Of a DNA stretch of 64,000 nt, positions 1 to 13,550 are shown piece after piece. The stretch comes from Octopus sinensis (taxonomy: Eukaryota). Made by a program: the position numbers and the translations under genes. Within the stretch, counting starts at the first letter, position 1. Each line of letters starts with the position of its first letter. The stretch covers positions 34,968,001 to 35,032,000 of the forward strand of contig NC_043001.1 of assembly GCF_006345805.1 (NCBI RefSeq), read 5' to 3'. A model generated the notes under the pieces. It did not search any database and was not told the origin of the DNA. It saw only the letters and a program-made list of their open reading frames with translations.

Positions 1-595
1 CGGTTTCTAATGATGCTGCGGTTGCTGCTGCTGCTGATGATGTGGAAACTTTCTAATAGGGAGTTGTGGTAAAATGTGACGGCGGGAATATCAGTGATAA
101 TAACAACGACAATGAAATCGATGAATATGATGGATACAAAAGTATGGCTGATAGAGTTGAGAATGAGGGTAATGATGATGACGATGATGATGATGATGAT
201 GATGGCGGTGGTGGTGGTGGTGGTCGTCGTCGTCGTGAGGATGATGATGTTGATGCAGAGTTGTTCCTGTTCGTTTCCTTTCCTTTGAAACTACAGACTT
301 GCTGTATGGGTGGTCCTTTACTAATTCGTGTTCACTGATTAAACGAAATGATACTAAATTATATCAAAAGAGACAGACACAAAGGCAAACACGCAAAAAC
401 GTATATACATACATACATGTGTATGTTTCTGTGTATATAGGTAAACATATGTGTGCATATATGTCTGTATGTATAAACGTGTGTGTGTATACATTTATAT
501 TTAATGCACACATAAAAATGGGCATAGATATACATACATACACAACATACATACATACATACATACATACATACATACATACATACATACATACA

Positions 596-629
<34 letters not shown>

Positions 630-1012
630 GGTATATATATTTGTCTATCTTTCTGGATATCTCTGCATTCGCCTGCCTGGATTTAGTGATATATGTCTTT
701 CTGTAAGAATCTTTAAAGCTATGTATATACTATTAGCCATAAGCCTAGATAAATATATGAACAAACACGCACGCATACCCACAGGCGCGCACACACTCAC
801 ACACGTACATAAGGTAATTTTATGTATATATGTATGTATGTGTGTATGTATGTATATATGTATATATATGTGTGTGTGTGTACTTTTGTACATTTCTAGG
901 AATTCTCTAAGTTTCTTGGTTTGAGGTTAACTTCCATTAACACTGCTGTTTTACCTTTGTGTGCAATTTTAGTTGACTCAAAAATCTATTTGCACGCCCT
1001 ACATATGTATAT

Positions 1013-1313
1013 GGAGACACAATGGCCCAGTGGTTAGGACAGCGGACTCACGGTCGTAGGATCGCGGTTTCGATTCCCGGATCGGGCGTTCTGAGTGTTT
1101 ATTGAGCGAAAACGCCTATAGCTCCACGAGGCTCCGGCAGGGGGTGGTGGCGATCCCTGCTGTACTCTTTCACCACAACTTTCTCTCACTCTTTCTTCTG
1201 TTGGCCTGTTCGCTTAGCCAGCGGGGTCGCGTCATTTGAAGGCTAAAGCAATGCGAAGCGCATTGTGACCAGCGATATGTAGCAACATCTGATAGCCTGG
1301 TCGGTCACGTGAT
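1013..1313 (+). mobile_element. tRNA-derived SINE, family A, tail variant b
   Basis: Head with A-box (TGGCCCAGTGG) and B-box-like (GGTTTCGATTCC) motifs. Core GTGTTTATTGAGCGAAAAC...GATCCCTGCTGTACTC is shared with copies at 2674, 35680 and 59240. The tail matches the minus-strand partial copy at 27236-27430. Confidence 0.85.
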
Positions 1314-1451
1314 TACGTGTGACATATGTATATATACGCCCCAACACACACAGACACTCACAGAAGTTTGTGTGTTTGTATATGCATGTGTGAGCGTGTA
1401 CGCTTCTGTGTGTCTGTATATATATGTATGTATGATCTATATATATATATT

Positions 1452-1608
1452 GGAATGGCTGTGTGTTAAGAAGCATGCCTCCCAACCTCATAGTTCTGCA
1501 TTGAGTCCCACTGCATGGGATCTTGGGCAAGTTTCTTCTATTATAGCCTCCAGTCGACCAAAGTCTTGTGAGTGGATTTGGTTGAGGGAAACTGAAAGAA
1601 GCCCGTCA
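1452..1608 (+). mobile_element. SINE family B, diverged partial copy
   Basis: Aligns by eye with 19711-19870 (TGGCTGTGTG...CTTGGGCAAG...GTGAGTGGATTTGG...GAAAGAAGCCCGTC). Confidence 0.75.
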
Positions 1609-1989
1609 TGTTTATGTTTATGTTTGTATGAATGTGTGCGTGTGTATATAGTTCATAGATAAGAATCAGATACTTGCTGTATAGCATACCCTTAGCGTGT
1701 AGAGAATTAAATGTAGGGACAAGCGAGTTAGACAGGTCAATATTTAAAATATATCAAAGAGATGAAATACGAAAAACAAAATGTATATATTTTATATATC
1801 CTAAAAGGTTTCGACTTGTGTATTTCTATGAATTTCTAGTGTCTATATGTTTAAGAAAAGAGATAGGGAGAGACACTTGCATGTAACCAGTAGCTGAACC
1901 TCTTCCAAACGCAACAACAGCCATACGTCATATGTACAGAGCTCAGCAATACAGAACATTACTGCTTTGAGTGATTTCGTAGGGCAGAC

Positions 1990-2170
1990 GATCCAACCTT
2001 GCCATTTGTCCTCTCACTTAACTCCTTCAAAAACTCCGTTTCTCAACTCTTATTAGCAGTTTTTCATAGCATCACATCACCTCCGATCAAAGAATATGAA
2101 CTTCATCACGGTATATCAGATTCCATCATTGCTGGTTCGTCAATTCCTTTATGATTTCTTGAAATCTGCA
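1990..2170 (-). mobile_element. Highly decayed RTE-like reverse transcriptase fragment
   Basis: Minus-strand translation with frameshift gives DFKKS*.GIDEPAMME, resembling the RT motif DFxKAFDSIxRxxM. Confidence 0.3.
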
Positions 2171-2673
2171 GCTGAAATGTTGTACATATGTTCCTCCTCC
2201 TCCTCTCCTCCTCCTCTCCTTCTTTTCCTAGCTGGGTCGTATTTATATAATATTTATAAAACAATAAATAAAATAAGTATAATATAGAAATACCATTATA
2301 TCTATAACATAGAAAACTCATCAACTAGCAACTGTTAATAACGCATAGCAACAATTCTGGTTTACATTCTCTCTTCTTTTACAAGTCAAATGTAATTAAA
2401 AATTTTTCTAACTTATTTTAATGTTTATAGATCGTATTATATATAATCTTGTAAATTGAATTCTGTCCTTATATTCTTTATATGCGTCTTTATTATACTG
2501 ACTACTTTTTATTAGTCACGTTGTGCCTATGCCTACTGCCTAGTAATTATCCAAAATTACTATTAATAGCTTTCACACAAAAAATCAAATAGTATAACCA
2601 ACTCTGAAATACATGAAACGACCATGTGACTATAAAGAATGTAGAATCATTCAAAATAAAAGCATTCTATAAA

Positions 2674-3064
2674 TGGATGGATGGAAGCACTCCGTCGGTT
2701 ACGACGACGAGAATTCCGGTTGATCCGAATCAACGGAACAGCCTGCTCGTGAAATTAACGTGTAAGTGGTTGAGCACTCCACAGACACGTGCACCCTTAA
2801 CGTAGTTCTCGGGGATATTCAGCGTGACACAGAGAGTGACAAGGCCGGCCCCTTGAAAAACAGGTACAACAGAAACAGGAAGTAAGAGTGAGAGAACGTT
2901 GTGGTGAAAGAGTACAGCAGGGATCACCACCATCCCCTGCCGGAGCATCGTGGAGCTTTAGGTGTTTTCGCTCAATAAACACTCACAACGCCCGGTCTGG
3001 GAATCGAAACCGCGATCCTATGACTGCGAGTCGGCTGCCCTAACCACTGGGCCATTGCCCCTCC
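2674..3064 (-). mobile_element. tRNA-derived SINE, family A, full length, tail variant a
   Basis: Reverse complement has the family A head and core plus a (TCCA)n tail. Flanked by a 10-bp direct repeat ATTCTATAAA (2664-2673, 3069-3078). Near-identical to 59240-59622. Confidence 0.9.
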
Positions 3065-3403
3065 ACATATTCTATAAATAACCATTTCCCAACAGACCAA
3101 AGAAATTCGCGAACTTCAATAAACACTGCTGACGGTGCTGCTGAATTTTACCCAAACAATCAGTTGTGGAAAATAGCTCATCGATGAACGTCATTGTTTA
3201 TTACTAACAACGGAGGAAAATTCCTCTTCCAACAGTGTCATATATATACTCCCTGAAAGATCGTACTAATAATGCATAAATCGCTGCATATAAGTATGTA
3301 ACAATATGCAATAAATGCGATCGAAACAAGCATCGGACAATTATTATGAATAAACCAACTGTAATTAAACATAACGTTTGAATGTTCAAATTCTTCATTC
3401 TCC

Positions 3404-4179
<776 letters not shown>

Positions 4180-4184
<5 letters not shown>

Positions 4185-4650
4185 CAAAAATGGGACAAGA
4201 ACGCAAATCATCCAGACAATTAGGTGAAACAAAAAAAGGAAAACAAAATATCCAGACAGACGATACAGGGAAAACTAGAACGGATCATTTGGAGGTTTCT
4301 ATCCTCAGTCGAGTTCCAGATTATCTTTGCAATTTCAGCTGGTTATACTCGAGATTGCTCCAATCTGGCCAGCTCCAGGGACAATAAGCTAAGAGCATTA
4401 CATTCCTTGGAAGTTATCAGTGAATGTATACGAAACAAAGACGGAAAAAAACCCAGAAATGTTACACAAATATAAATAACAGTTCATAACAACAGGTGTC
4501 TTTCGACTAAGGACGAATTAAATTAAGCTGGCGTGTGTGAAAGTAAAGCCTTACGGCAGGGACATAAGATACGACAGGCAGAGGGAGGAATATAGATTTT
4601 GCACGGATGGTAGTCGAACCAAGAAAGAAAGGTCAGGCTTGGCCGAGACC
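4180..4650 (-). mobile_element. Interspersed repeat in (TA)n, probable PLE terminal repeat
   Basis: The reverse complement of 4190-4330 matches plus-strand 27455-27590 (AAAGA.ATCTGG..CTCGACTGA.GAT.GAAA.C.CC.AATGA.CCGT.CT.GTTTT). Confidence 0.45.
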
Positions 4651-6110
4651 AGTCACTTGGGGAGAGAAGAGAGAGAGAGGCAGAGGCAGAGGGATAGAAG
4701 AATTAAGGAGGGGCGAGAGAAAATGAAAGAGACACAGTGAAGTGAAAGAGGGAAAGTGAGCATGGAGAGAAGGCCAGGAAATGTGAGAGAGAGGAAACGA
4801 AAGAACGAAGAGTAGAATGAACGAAGTGTGAAAGGGCTGAAAGAAAGAAGGAAAGAGCGATAGAATGCAAAGAACAATAGAGTTGTACAAAATATGTATG
4901 TATGTATGTATGTATGAAACCATTATTATGCAGCGGCATAAAACTTCCAAGTCTGGTGTTTGATATTTCTGTTCTCTCAAAACTTCGTATATCTAGATTA
5001 TGAGCGAATGTCTCTGTTATTTATGAAGACAGTATTATTTGATTAGAGACAGAAATTTAACTGCTAATTCTAGAACATTGATTAGCCGTTGGCGCTTAAA
5101 TAGTTGCAAGAACGCATTTTGCGGCTTTGTTGTTATTGATGTTGCTGCTATGGTTGTTGTTGTTGTTGTTGCTTTTGGAGAATATTTTTTTTTTTACTTG
5201 AATTTTAATTTCCCACCTATGTTCATATTCCTTCCAAACCTGAACGCAACGTCTTTATATATAATTCAAGCATAATTATGTTTTCTGCTGTACCCTTTTG
5301 TTCTGGAAGATAATGGGTGTTATAGATGATGGGGTTTACAGTTCTATATCTAGCATGTAGCACGATCACGAACAAATTTCCTTATTGCTTTACGTTTTGT
5401 TATATTATAACAGCAAGTATTTTCCTTCATAATATATAGCAATCAACTGAACTCTGAAAACTTCCTAACGTCTTTCGAAAACTTGTCCGTCCTAACAGTG
5501 AGAAAATATTTACTTTCAAGGAGCTTAAAGTAGATATGTCTTAAAATAGCAGTACTGTTCCCCCACCCTTGCAAACACAATAGACACAATGGCAATTTCA
5601 TGTTATTACTACACTCATCTATATGTTGTTTCTAATCGAGATAGGTTCCAAACAATCATTGCCAGATTTGTGTTGATATTCTTGGAAAATATTGAATAAC
5701 CCAACCAACGACTTTATATATTCTGTCGATAGCGCTGAAAGAGAATAAAACAGGAAATTAATGTGTCTTCGGTTCAACGAACGAGGTCACGGTATGAAGT
5801 TAAGAATTGCCACTTGTTTTGTTTATTTATCAGCAAGCTTGCATTGGATGTGTGTATGTGCATGTGTAGTAATATGTGTGTGTGGGTTTTGTTCCTTTAT
5901 GCGTTTCAGCGTAACCATACGTGTGTCTATAAGGTTATATGTATGAGTGTCTGTTTGGGTGTGTATGTGTGTTAGTGAGTGTGTGTGTCTGTGTGAGTGA
6001 GTGTGTGTGTGTGTGTGTAATTGTAACTCTAGTCCGCACAAAATATAATCTTTCTTTATATTATCATGCCCTATCGAACAGAACACAAATCGATTTCTTT
6101 AGAGATACGT

Positions 6111-6175
<65 letters not shown>

Positions 6176-6460
6176 GCTACACACACACACACACACGCAT
6201 ATATATATATATATATATGAAGATACATACATATATATATATGTATGTAAATGGATATATGTGTGTATGCGTGCGTGCGTGTGTGTGCGTCCGTGTGTGT
6301 ATATACATACATGCATACATAAATACGTACGTATATACAAAGATAGATACATACATGCATGTTTATATATAAATATATATATATATACATATATATATAT
6401 ACAAAAATACATATATACAAACATACATTCATTCATGTAGTGTGTGAGAGATAGAGATAG

Positions 6461-6499
<39 letters not shown>

Positions 6500-6885
6500 A
6501 AGAGTGAGATAGATAGAAAGAGATAGCGAAAGAAATACTGACAGATTGAGAGAGAAATATGACACTGGGAAAGGAGGAGAAAGGGAGAAAATGTGAGAGA
6601 CGATTATGGGATACACATGAAGGGAACGCTTTGCATATGTATGTTCTTTAAATAAAATATGACTTATGTACGTTAATTCGTATTCATCTAATGTACGTAA
6701 ATAGAAGTCACACACAGACGAAATCACAGTCACGTATACGTGCATGCATACATACATACATACATATATACATACATACATACATACATACATACATAAA
6801 GGCATACATATGTACATATGTACACACATACGAGTACGGATTTAAATGCCGGACTGTTTCTCATTAAATCTCTGTATGTATGCAA

Positions 6886-6916
<31 letters not shown>

Positions 6917-7437
6917 TGTATGTATGTATGTATGTATGTATGTATATGTGCAAATTTGCATGCTTTGTTTTATGTATTTATCCTCATGCATATAGTTGCA
7001 TATCTAAAGATGATCATATATACTTAAATGATAAAATACTGGGAAGTTTTACTGATTTTCTGGTTTCAGTGATGACCGGGATCTATATTCTTCGAATCAA
7101 CTTTCTGGTTTTGAGAAGCCTAATTTCTGAAGATTAGTATATAGGCAGTGTGTCACATATCCCGGAGCCCCAATAATTTACAGGTATATTGTGTGTGCAT
7201 AAATGTTTGTATGTATGTATATGTATACATATATACGCACACGAAGGGTGTATGAAAAGTCTTGAGCCTCAAAAAAACAAAACATGGTACAAAACTGTTC
7301 ATACACGCTAACGCTCGCGCGTGTGTGTGTATATATATATATATATAATATATATATATATATATACATATATATTTGACTGCTATATTAGCATGCATCT
7401 CCGTATGCGAATATTATGGACAAATGTACGTGTGAAA

Positions 7438-7715
7438 GTCCCTGTGTACAATGTGTACGCTATGAGTTCATGGGCAGTGCCCTACAATAAGCCCCCAGTC
7501 TTCTTTACCGCCTAACCGGAAATATGACCTCCGCAGTGAAGATCCCTGTCTACAGTTCGTCTGCTATCAGTTCATGGGCTGTGCCGTACGTTAATCATCC
7601 AGTCACCTTTACCAATTACCGCAAGTCCTTCTCTGCGGCCCATCTCGCTAGCTAGCTCGCAATGAATGTCCCTGTCTACGGTTCGTCTCTTATGAGTTCG
7701 TAGGCCGTGCCCTAC
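7438..7715 (+). pseudogene. Decayed protein-coding tandem repeat (3 units, VPVY...SSWAVPY)
   Basis: Units start at 7438, 7542 and 7668 and differ at synonymous third positions of conserved codons. There is one 1-nt frameshift and two in-frame TAG stops. Confidence 0.45.
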
Positions 7716-7760
7716 ACGTGCATACAGAGTGTTTGGAACTGTACTAACTGAAGCCTTACG

Positions 7761-7838
<78 letters not shown>

Positions 7839-9837
7839 CATCTGTTTTTCTGTCTGTCTGTCTGTCTTCTACTATTCTAAGTTTTCAAGGTTTAGTGAGA
7901 GTTTTTCAAATACAGAATTTTACGATTGGTACATACTTTTCTGAATCTCTGGTGTATTTTGACACAAATCTAGAACATACTGACACTTAGAGCACAGTGA
8001 TCCACACAAATCATACGTATTTATAAATCAATACACACACATATATACACAAAATGTATATGTGTATGTCTTTGGGCGTGTTTTCGCCTGATTTTGTGTG
8101 CTTGCATGTATGTATACACTGAGTGAGAGAGTGGGAAGGAGACAGTGAGTGTGGGTGTCAGGAATTTTGAATTAGATAGGAAGAAATGGTTATTGGAAAT
8201 TCGATTTTATCATGGCGCAATATTTATCAATACAACACCCTGTGTTATAACATACCCTCCAGTAAAATACAGATAAACGCATCTTAGCTGGTCGACATTT
8301 TCTTTCCTCGATGAAGTTTTTATATGATAATAACGATTATAGAAGATTTCTCCTTATTCTTTTTCGGCTCTTTTTCTTCTTCTCTGTCTTTCGTTCTTGA
8401 TGTATGTCTCTGCATCTTGTTTCATCTATCTCCTCATCTTCTCTCTCTGTCTCTGTCACTCTTTCTCTCTTCATTGAATCTCATAAGCATGGATGAAAAC
8501 TAAGAGTAAAGGTCAATGCAATAATCTGGAATTGGTTCGTTATATATTAGATTAAATTGATAACCTCAAAAGCGATGAGGAACTTGTGAGGCAAAACTTA
8601 ATAAAACTTTACAACTTCGTAAAAATTTCATTCGTTCCACGCTTAAGCTAGAAATGTTTTTCTCAAATAAACTGGACATTAGTTTCATTGTGATCGGGTA
8701 TAAAACGTGTTATTACCAAACATAGAAATGCCCTTACCTCATCGTAAAACCACAACCAATTAAAAGCGAAACGTATTATTAATGTGGTAAACAAATGTTG
8801 CGTTCATCTTTAGTAGAATCTCAAGTGCATGGAAAGGTTCACATTGCAGCTGACCTCCATGCGCAAGTTTGAGGTTTCTGTGTGTGGGTCAAAATAAATC
8901 CGCCTTGTAGATGCACGGACGCTTGGAAACATAAACAAAATCGTATATTCGTATTTATTTGTACTATAAGGTTGATTTTAAATAATTACCTATGCATGTA
9001 TGTACACGTACATACACACGGATACACATATTGGGTGGGCAGTGTTTCTGCAAGCAATTTTGAGTATCTCTGAATGTGCATGAGGCAATCACAACGTTTT
9101 AATTCCTGGTGCAAAGTGTAACACGAAATTAAACGAATTAGATAACTATTGAAAAGTTAGCGACAAGATAGACAGAAATAGAGGAGAGAGAGAGGCGGAG
9201 AGAGTAAGTTTTTAAGAGAATATATATGTGTGTGTGTATATGTGTGTATGTGTGTATACATGTGTGTATGTATGTTTCAATCTGTCTATATGCTTGTATA
9301 TTAAGTGCGAATATGCCTGTTTGTTTAAGGAGCTCAATTCGCAAGCACATAAACTTAGGTTCATTCCCGGTATATAGAACATTTGGCATGTGTCTTATGC
9401 ATTGTGACAGAAACTAGTAGACGAAAACTCTGCGAAATCCATTTGTGCATATACATACATACATGATGGCTGCCCCCTCGTTATCGAGTATGGCCATTAC
9501 ACGAGGCTTAACTGTTATTGGTGCTGTGATCGAATTTGACTCTTTAGCCCAGCTAAAGATCTACAAGTCTTGTACAGAATTGGCAACTAAAATCTTTACC
9601 GGTAATAGCCGGCTGTAGTTGTAACTGGGTTTCATGTACATTTCCATGTCGTTTATGTCCTCCCGCCGAATTACACTCCCTTCTACGTAGCTAACAAATA
9701 CGATTAGTATGGTGCATATACATACCTATATACATATTTACATATACACATACACACACACATACATACATAGATACATAGATACATACATACATACATA
9801 CATACATACATACATACATACATACATACATACATAC

Positions 9838-10462
9838 AAAAGAAACTGTGCACCCTTGTCGAAATTAGCTACCAAGGGGATGTTAACACACCTGCAGTTA
9901 CCTATCCAGATTACAAGTTCAGGAGCCCTGGGATATGCTGTATACTGCCTAAATACCAATCCTGCAAAATTAGGCTTCTCAAAACCAGAAAGGAGAAAGC
10001 AAAAACTAATTAGAAGACTACAGATCCAATCCATCACTGGAACAAAAATTTAGTAGAACTTTCGTAAGTTTATCATTTATATGAACATGTCTAGCTATGT
10101 ACCTATATGCACGAGCCCATCCCGCTCAAAAGGTCCCAGAATAAGTATTGTTTAAGGATGTTGAACGAAACACCCATGTTTTCAAAGGTGAATTATCCAA
10201 ACCTCCAAGAATTCCTTTCAACACTCGGCTATGATGCTCCCCGCTACTTCTGCTTGTGGTCAGAGACGCACATATCGTCAGCCACTAAGGGACATGGTCA
10301 ATCGGTTAAGGTCAAACAAGTGACAAGCAAATCTGTGGTATTGAGCAGAATATTTGCTGTAGCCCATCTTTTATACCAAGACAAAACAATGTACATGATA
10401 ACACTTCCAATCATTTAAGATCAGAAGCCAGGAGAGCCACTGTCTCGTACTGCATCAGGGCA
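9838..10462 (+). mobile_element. R4/Dong-like non-LTR retrotransposon 3' end (subfamily D1), internally deleted, with (ATT)n tail
   Basis: Translates to KKLCTLVEISYQGDVN...GALGYAVYCLNTNPAKLGFSKPERRK...LIRRLQIQSITGT, the C-terminus of restriction-like-endonuclease LINEs. A ~400-bp 3' UTR and an (ATT)n run follow. Confidence 0.75.
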
Positions 10463-10474
10463 TTTATTATTATC

Positions 10475-10530
<56 letters not shown>

Positions 10531-10564
10531 CATTATAGTTGTTTTGCTGTTTTTGCTGTTGTAG

Positions 10565-10790
10565 TAATGTGGCGAGCTGGCTGAATCGTTAGCATGCAAG
10601 ACGAAAAGCTTAGCGACAATTCGTGCGTTCTCATGTTCTGACTTCATATTCCGCTGAAGTCGACTTTACCTTTCATCCTTCAGTTGGGGGGCAATAAGAT
10701 AAATGACAGTCAATTGATGGGGTGGATGTAAATTTCAGGACCTTTCCTACCTTAGAAAAATATTATTATTATTATGATTATGTGAGCCCT
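10565..10790 (+). mobile_element. SINE family C, older subfamily
   Basis: GGCGAGCTGGCTGAATCGTTAGCA...GTCGACTTTACCTTTCATCCTT, with an (ATT)n-like tail. Confidence 0.75.
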
Positions 10791-11089
10791 TGTGGCTAAT
10801 GAAAGAATTTATTATTATGATTATTGCCTTTGATTTTGTTGTCATTTCTGTTTGTCCCTCACCCTATAATTCTAATTTACAACATAATAATGAGTGACAA
10901 GAAGAGCTCGTTGTATATATAATACTGGAATTCAATTTACGGGTATTCCTTATGAATTGTAAAATATAATGTACAATACATTTCTTTTACATTCCTGAGC
11001 GGTGCCAACATTTCCTTGGAGACGGTGTGCCGAGTGATTTTTTTACATGGCAAGAAAACGAATAGTAATCCTTATGGTTTTGCTTTCGT

Positions 11090-11547
11090 GTAGAACATAT
11101 AATAATGATACAAATAATAATAATAATAATAATAATGATATTAATAATAATAATGATAATAAAAATTTAAAAAATAATAATAATAATAATTATTATAATA
11201 ATTATAATAATAATAATAATAATAACGATAATATTAATTGTGATGATAATTTCTCTTCTTAGCCAAAGGCGATGATAATGAAGATCGTGATGATGATGAT
11301 GATAATGATGATGATGATGTTGATGTTGATGATGATAATGAAATGATGATGATGATGATGATGATGATGTTGATAGTAATAATACGTGCCTGGTGTACAC
11401 TTATCAGACGGAAAATTCATGATGGGTATATTGGGCTTCGTATATTTTACCCCAGTGTTACTTTGATGGCATGCACGGCTCTCTCACTCATTAATGATGA
11501 TAGTGATGATAAAAATAATAATAATAATAATAATGATGATAATAACG

Positions 11548-11645
<98 letters not shown>
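11090..11645. repeat. (AAT)n/(GAT)n microsatellite block containing a 105-bp piece of the Dong-derived short element
   Basis: Trinucleotide runs. 11385-11490 matches 12516-12620. Confidence 0.9.
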
Positions 11646-11646
<1 letters not shown>

Positions 11647-11656
11647 GAGAGTAGAC

Positions 11657-11885
11657 ATGATACCAATAGTAATTGGAGCACTTGGTAGTATCAGCACTCA
11701 ACTACTAACATGGCTGAAAAAGATCGGTGCAAGTGTGAAGGGAGAATACCTACAAAAATCATCGTTGCTTGGAATTCTTCACAGGGTTCTTGAAGCATGA
11801 CCAGACAAGAATTGTCACCTTAGTCTGCTGGCTGTGGACAGCTAACACTTTCCCTCATAACCAGCAAAATAAGCTGTGAGTTTTC

Positions 11886-11890
<5 letters not shown>
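11657..11890 (+). mobile_element. R4/Dong-like LINE 3' end (subfamily D2) embedded in (TAA)n
   Basis: MIPIVIGALGSISTQLLTWLKKIGASVKGEYLQKSSLLGILHRVLEA* followed by a short UTR and (TAA)n. (TAA)n lies on both sides, consistent with the known Dong preference for TAA repeats. Confidence 0.8.
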
Positions 11891-11968
<78 letters not shown>

Positions 11969-12035
11969 TTTCTTTGCCCTAGGAGTCGGGAAGACATCCG
12001 GCAAGAAATGGAAGCAAATTTGAAAGAAGAAGACA

Positions 12036-12075
<40 letters not shown>

Positions 12076-12622
12076 GTACCAGAGTGTGGCTCTCATGGCT
12101 TCTGATCTTAACTGATTGGAAGTGTTATCATGTACATTGTTTTGTCTTGGTATAAAAGATGGGCTACAGCAAATATTCTACTCAATAGCACAGATTTGCT
12201 TGTCAGTTGTTTGACCTCAAGCAGTTGAGCATGGCCCTTAGTGGCTGACGATATGTGCATCTCTGATCACGAGCAGAAGTAGTGGGGGAGCATCATAGTC
12301 ATGTGTTGAGGGGGATTCTTTGGGGTTTGAATAATTCACCTCTCGAAACATGGGTGTTTCGTTCAACATCCTTAAACAACCCTTATTCAGGGACCTTTTG
12401 AGCGGGATGGATTACTCAAACTGAAGAAAATTCTATCTGGGCCCCACCTGCAACGTCATGTGCTGTTTATCTTGATATGAGATCACCATGTCCCGCACAT
12501 ATGGTTGTGATGCATGTGCCTGGTGTACTCTTATCAGACGGGTAGTCATGATGAGTATACTGGGCTTCATATATTTTATCCCAGTGTCAGTTTGATGGCA
12601 TGCACTGCTCTTTCACTCAATA
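12076..12622 (-). mobile_element. Non-autonomous ~550-bp Dong-derived element
   Basis: Its 3' ~340 bp match the 3' UTR of the D1 LINE (10112-10460). The 5' ~210 bp are unrelated to the LINE ORF end. TAA repeats lie at both ends. Confidence 0.7.
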
Positions 12623-12754
12623 ATCTGTGGTATTGAGCAGAATATTTGCTGTAGCCCATTTTTTATACCAAGACAAACAAAGTACATGATAACACTTCCA
12701 ATCAGTTAAGATCAGAAGCCATGAGAGCCACTGCCTGGTACTTTATCAGGGCAC

Positions 12755-12815
<61 letters not shown>
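12622..12815 (+). mobile_element. 5'-truncated D1/Dong 3' UTR terminus with (ATT)n tail
   Basis: Matches 10330-10462 and is inverted relative to 12076-12200. Confidence 0.75.
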
Positions 12816-12818
<3 letters not shown>

Positions 12819-13504
12819 TGTAATATTAATCTTCTTGTTACAACAACAACAACGGAGTGTTTATCTCTTCTTCAGCAGCAGATAACGGAAAGACGAATGC
12901 TACGAATTGACAAGTGTTATTGCATACACATCATCGTACTATGACTGTTTGCAGTAATCGGTGGCTCACCTTCAAAAAGGAACGGAGCAGAATTGCTAAC
13001 CAGTAATGTGTATAAATGCAAACATAATGTCCAGCGCTTTTCAGTTGAAAGCGTTCATGTTTTCCGTTATCTGAGGCCGGAGAGGACAGGATCACTCTGA
13101 AATGAATGCATCCATCAACGTGATGCAAGGACGCTTTGAACTGAATTGGACTCATGCGTTTGGTAGGGTAATCAATAATATTCTCTTTCGTCGAAATATA
13201 TCAATATATAAAAAAAAACTTAAAGGAAGGAAGAAAGACAGAAAAAAAGGAAGGAAGGAAGAAGTGAGACACAGTAGGAATGATGTGTTTCATGCCGCAA
13301 CGATTCTCAACCTCACGACTGGTATAGCCTGAAAATTGAACACCCCACCTCATACACGCACAGACGGACAGACACACACGCACACCACACATACACACAA
13401 CACACACACACACATACAGGCACACATATATATATATATGCTCATACACCAATATATGCAAAAACACGCGCATATATAAATGTATATATGTATGCGTATA
13501 TATA

Positions 13505-13550
<46 letters not shown>

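Noticed and set aside
66-924. Several ORFs including a D/G/R-rich 90-aa ORF
   Set aside because: They are translations of (GAT)n, (GGT)n, (CGT)n and (TACA)n microsatellites with no domain or splice support.
1013-1090. tRNA gene-like sequence at SINE heads (also 19711, 35682, 61152)
   Set aside because: A/B boxes are present but no complete cloverleaf, and each continues into SINE core sequence.
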